Source of the DNA: Octopus sinensis | Lineage: Eukaryota | Direction of reading: 5' to 3' | Assembly (NCBI RefSeq): GCF_006345805.1 | Contig: NW_021826856.1 | Location: 1 to 11,864 of the forward strand | Length of the DNA: 11,864 nt | Shown: piece by piece, positions 8,638 through 11,864 of the stretch | How positions within the stretch are numbered: position 1 is the stretch's first letter | Layout of the letters: each line of letters starts with the position of its first letter | Program-made: the position numbers and the translations under genes | Notes under the pieces: generated by a model | What the model saw: only the letters and a program-made list of their open reading frames with translations | Told to the model about the DNA's origin: nothing | Databases searched by the model: none

Positions 8638-8854
8638 GTATGTATGTATGTATGTATGTATGTATGTATGTATGTATGTATGTATGTAGTATGTATGTAT
8701 GTATGTATGTATGTATGCATGCATGCATGTATGTATGTAAGTATGTATATATTATGTATGTATGTATGTGTGTGTGTGTACGTATGTATGTGTGCATGTA
8801 CGTATGTATGTATGTATGTATGTATGTATGTATGTATGTATGTATGTATGTATG

Positions 8855-8886
<32 letters not shown>
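8638..8886. repeat. (TATG)n then (TA)n microsatellite
   Basis: Directly visible. It explains the MYVC/HTYI ORFs. Confidence 0.98.
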
Positions 8887-8887
8887 A

Positions 8888-9082
8888 CGCCATGTTGGAT
8901 CGTTAGCCCCTACACGCAATTTTTGTCTCTCCTTGTTTCTTTTCTGTATCTTTTTGTCGAAGAGCGTAGGCTCGAAACGTAAAAGACTTGTTTTATTTCT
9001 ATTCCTGAGCGCCAAACTAATACATTGTTTTTTTGTACTCCACCTGCCTTCGTCTTTTGTTTATTTTCGTAAACCTTCCCGT
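8888..9082 (+). mobile_element. Penelope pLTR-like short repeat with hammerhead-like motif, copy 3, embedded in a TA/TATG microsatellite
   Basis: A 195-bp non-simple unit with (TA)n on both sides. Block order and motif are shared with 4799-5030 (minus) and 5253-5400. Confidence 0.75.
8949..8986 (+). ncRNA. Minimal type I hammerhead ribozyme-like motif (variant core UUGUCGA)
   Basis: UCUUU-UUGUCGA-A-GAGC(GUAG)GCUC-GAAA-CGU-A-AAAGA. Perfect 5-bp stem I (8949-8953 with 8982-8986), 4-bp stem II, ACGU palindrome, predicted GUA cleavage triplet ending at 8981. Confidence 0.58.
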
Positions 9083-9117
9083 TATATATATGTATGTATG
9101 TATGTATATATATATAT
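9083..9117. repeat. (TA)n/(TATG)n microsatellite
   Basis: Directly visible; a continuation of the array upstream of 8888. Confidence 0.9.
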
Positions 9118-10807
9118 TTATTCAGTTGTAGACACAACTTTTGAGATGCGCATATACTTCTAGACACATACTGTAGATATTGTTGCATCTTTACACATGT
9201 GATTTGTTTGATAATTAGACCACAATTCACTCTGATGATCGTCGACAACATGTAATGTTTCATCTTAAAGAGAGACGTAGTGGAGCCGATATAGTTTAGC
9301 AAAGATATAGCTATTGAAGACAGCAGATTCAAGGATAAGTTAGTAAGTTATATTAACTAGAGAAATATGTCTAAAAACACCTGCTGCATGGAATACATTA
9401 GTAAAGTGAGCAGGAAAGGCAGAAAAGCCATCGTGATAATTGTGAAAATGGCACTCAACTTTGCGGTTCGAGAAAAGGCGTGTGTGTTCTGAGATACACT
9501 TTAGCTCAATTCAGAGCGACATCCGTTCGATAGGCCCACTGGGTGGGGGTAGAGGCATGACGTAACAAAAAAGAACCTGTCCCGTGTTATCTGATTGCGG
9601 ACATATGTTCGCAGCTTTTCAACAACACCTTGCCCGGCTGTTTGGCTTAAGCTGTTGACTGGATATGGCAGATTTTAATTACACCCTCGAAGGACTGCCA
9701 CGACTATTACCAGGAGGGGTGGAGAGTTGTGAAAAGCCAACAACAACAGCTGAAATACGAGGGACATGAGCGATTGCAGAGAGAAGAATATCGCTGGGTT
9801 TAGATGGCTTGCCATAAAAAAAAAAACATTATTTGGTAAAGCTAGTTCCGTTCACCGTTTTGGCCAACGTTCAACACTACTAACAGCAAACTTGGTACAT
9901 TCCCAGTTGTGATATCTGGAGAGTAGCAATGTGTAGAGAAAGGACTCGAACAAAGCAAACATTGTTGATAGCCTTCGAGTTTGAATGTAAAATTAAGGTT
10001 TTTCTCACAGTAGAGTATTGTAGTTCGCTTGAAGCATTGTGTATTGTTCGTAAAGAATAAAAGTTTCGAATGGTACAACAATGCACTATAATACAAACAA
10101 TGGGCTATATACCTGTTTTAATTTAGTCATCCATAGTCTGATATGATATTTCGGAATAAAATTCCTTCTTCAGATATTCTTAGATAGAGTCGCTGCTATA
10201 ATCGGTTTTCTAATGGCTTTTCTTTTATATTTATATTTTTTTCTCACAGTGATTGCCAGTTGATCCTTAGTACCATACTAGGTTGTCTAATTCCCAACAG
10301 ACCTATCCAGGGCAATCACCAAATTATATGAAATATTACAGTATAAGCTTGTAATGACTCTAACTTTAGTGGAGTTTAGATCAGTATGGATACATCTAAA
10401 ACAATAGTTCTTAACCAACTTTTTGTAGCGCCCCCTTTTTCAGTAGTCGTTACGCCTAGCACCCACCCAAGAAAAGAGTGAGTTGTCACGACTAAACTAA
10501 CATAACATGGATGATAATTTATAAATTTTACTCTAAAAATAAAGTAAAATTGTATAAGCTTTTAACAGAGAAATGATAAAAATTTAATGAAGACAAACGC
10601 TGTAAATTTACTTTATACATTACAAGTTAATGACTTCCCTGTATGTGATAAGATCTATTTAATTTTAGTAACCATAACTAGTTTTATCATGTATAATATA
10701 ATTACTACTTTAGGTAAAATTTAATATGTTAATGATGCTACCCTAAAGCTTAACGCTCCTTTCTACATGCCCAACGATCCCTTGGAGATAGTACTGCCCA
10801 CGATGAG

Positions 10808-11194
10808 AACTTCTGATCTACAGCTTTCGCCAGTGTCGACCATCACTATCTGTCAGTTGTGAAAAGAGGTACCGGTTTCCACTCTATTGTCAAAGACTGA
10901 CAACTGCTCATTGATCAGACTTGACAGCCACTTATCGCAACTATTTCGAACAGCACGTTCAATCAATTACACCTGTTTTCTTTTTAAACTTTTGAGCAAC
11001 TGCTGTGGTTAGATGTGTTGTGGGGTTGAGGGACATTTTCTTCTAAATGGATCACACTAAAGATGTGTCTGCATACGGGGATGACATCACCACCATATTA
11101 TTTGTCGTCTTGAAAATCGAAGTGGTCCGCACCACATCGAAAGAATATGTTAACTGTAGCGCGTATTAACCAGCAGAAGTTGGTGGGCTTGAAA
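10808..11194 (+). pseudogene. Decayed non-LTR retrotransposon reverse transcriptase fragment (L1/Tx1-like)
   Basis: Manual translation across frameshifts: STAFASVDHHYLSVVKRGTGF..KD* (10817-; cf. KAFDRVDH.YL..L...GF..W), SHLSQLFRTARSINYTC (cf. GHLS.PF...RSVRQGC), TFEQLL (cf. LEPLL), VSAYGDDIT (YGDD at 11074-11085; cf. YADD), SKEY, INQQKLVGL (11165-11191; cf. IN..KS.GL). The motifs are in the correct order. Confidence 0.85.
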
Positions 11195-11212
11195 CACAAT
11201 GCATACACAGAC

Positions 11213-11358
11213 AAGAAAGTTTGCTTTATAATCATGGGATCCTAAGTTCGATCCCATTATCCAGCGCCTTGAAACATTTTTTTTCAATAATAGCCACAGG
11301 CTTAACCAAGCCTTGTGAGTGGAACTGAGCAGACAGAAACTATGCAGAAGCTCGTTGG
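11213..11358 (+). mobile_element. Old SINE family A copy, 5' head/core
   Basis: B box AGTTCGATCCC (11245-11255) and aagccttgtgagtgga..agacagaaact..gaagc match the reverse complement of 1490-1625. Confidence 0.8.
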
Positions 11359-11476
11359 ATGCAAGATGGTTGGATGGAAGCTCGTTGGACTATCCTTGTC
11401 AAACATAGTGTCAAATTGGCTCTGTCTGGCTGGTTTAAATGTACAAATGTCTGTATAATACTCCATTGCGTATACC

Positions 11477-11569
11477 ATTAATATAGTATAAATATTAATA
11501 TAATATAAATATTAATATGATAAATATAATAAATATTAATATAATATAAATATTAATATAATATAAATA
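11477..11569. repeat. A/T minisatellite, about 17-bp unit taaatattaatataata
   Basis: Four to five imperfect copies, each containing the palindrome atattaatat. Confidence 0.85.
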
Positions 11570-11611
11570 ACTCCATTATTCGAGTAACTAGAATAATTGT
11601 AATCGAAACTG

Positions 11612-11750
11612 GTACATATGTGCATGTGTATACCTGTTTGTGCATGTGTATACCTAATCATGTGTGTGTGTGTGTGTGTATGTATGTACGTGTATGTGTA
11701 TGTATAGATATTTGAGTATATGCATATATATACATACACACACGCACGCG

Positions 11751-11804
<54 letters not shown>

Positions 11805-11805
11805 C
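11612..11805. repeat. (TG)n...(CA)n/(TA)n purine-pyrimidine alternating tract
   Basis: Directly visible; includes the duplication tgtgcatgtgtatacct at 11618 and 11639. Confidence 0.93.
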
Positions 11806-11864
11806 AAGTAGTGAAGATTTAATTTCCTCGAAAGGTATTATTTATAACAATCCGGATACCAATT

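Noticed and set aside
9232-9260. Canonical hammerhead core CTGATGA
   Set aside because: No properly placed GAAA after a stem II and no stem I/III. The same applies to CTGAAGA at 6195, 7501 and on the minus strand near 3288-3294.
8519-9332. MYVC/HTYI repeat ORFs
   Set aside because: Translations of the (TATG)n microsatellite.
9756-9775. TACGAGGG as a partner TIR for the mariner end at 5659
   Set aside because: Similarity stops after 7 nt, the AAAAAGT block is absent, and the position and orientation do not enclose the element.
9367-9830. GC-richer segment with short ORFs ending in an A-run
   Set aside because: No recognisable protein motif or element boundary. It may be an old repeat, but that cannot be supported without a search.

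Overview
AT-rich, microsatellite-dense, non-genic eukaryotic DNA. The SINE sequences resemble those I recall from octopus genomes, so a cephalopod origin is likely (inference, not searched). No intact protein-coding gene is supported: the listed ORFs arise from simple repeats or decayed transposons. The window is a pile-up of mobile-element remains: six tRNA-type SINE copies of two families, a frameshifted DUF4817/Tc1-mariner (probably DD41D rosa-type) transposase pseudogene (2236-2929), the 5' end of a mariner (5460-5657, minus), and an L1/Tx1-type reverse-transcriptase relic (about 10808-11194). Two things stand out. First, three dispersed copies of a 150-230 bp Penelope-pLTR-like repeat each carry a minimal type I hammerhead-ribozyme fold with intact, co-varying stems but a non-canonical catalytic core. 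Second, there is a near-perfect 58-bp inverted repeat (1933-2069) whose only defect is a single A-C mismatch.
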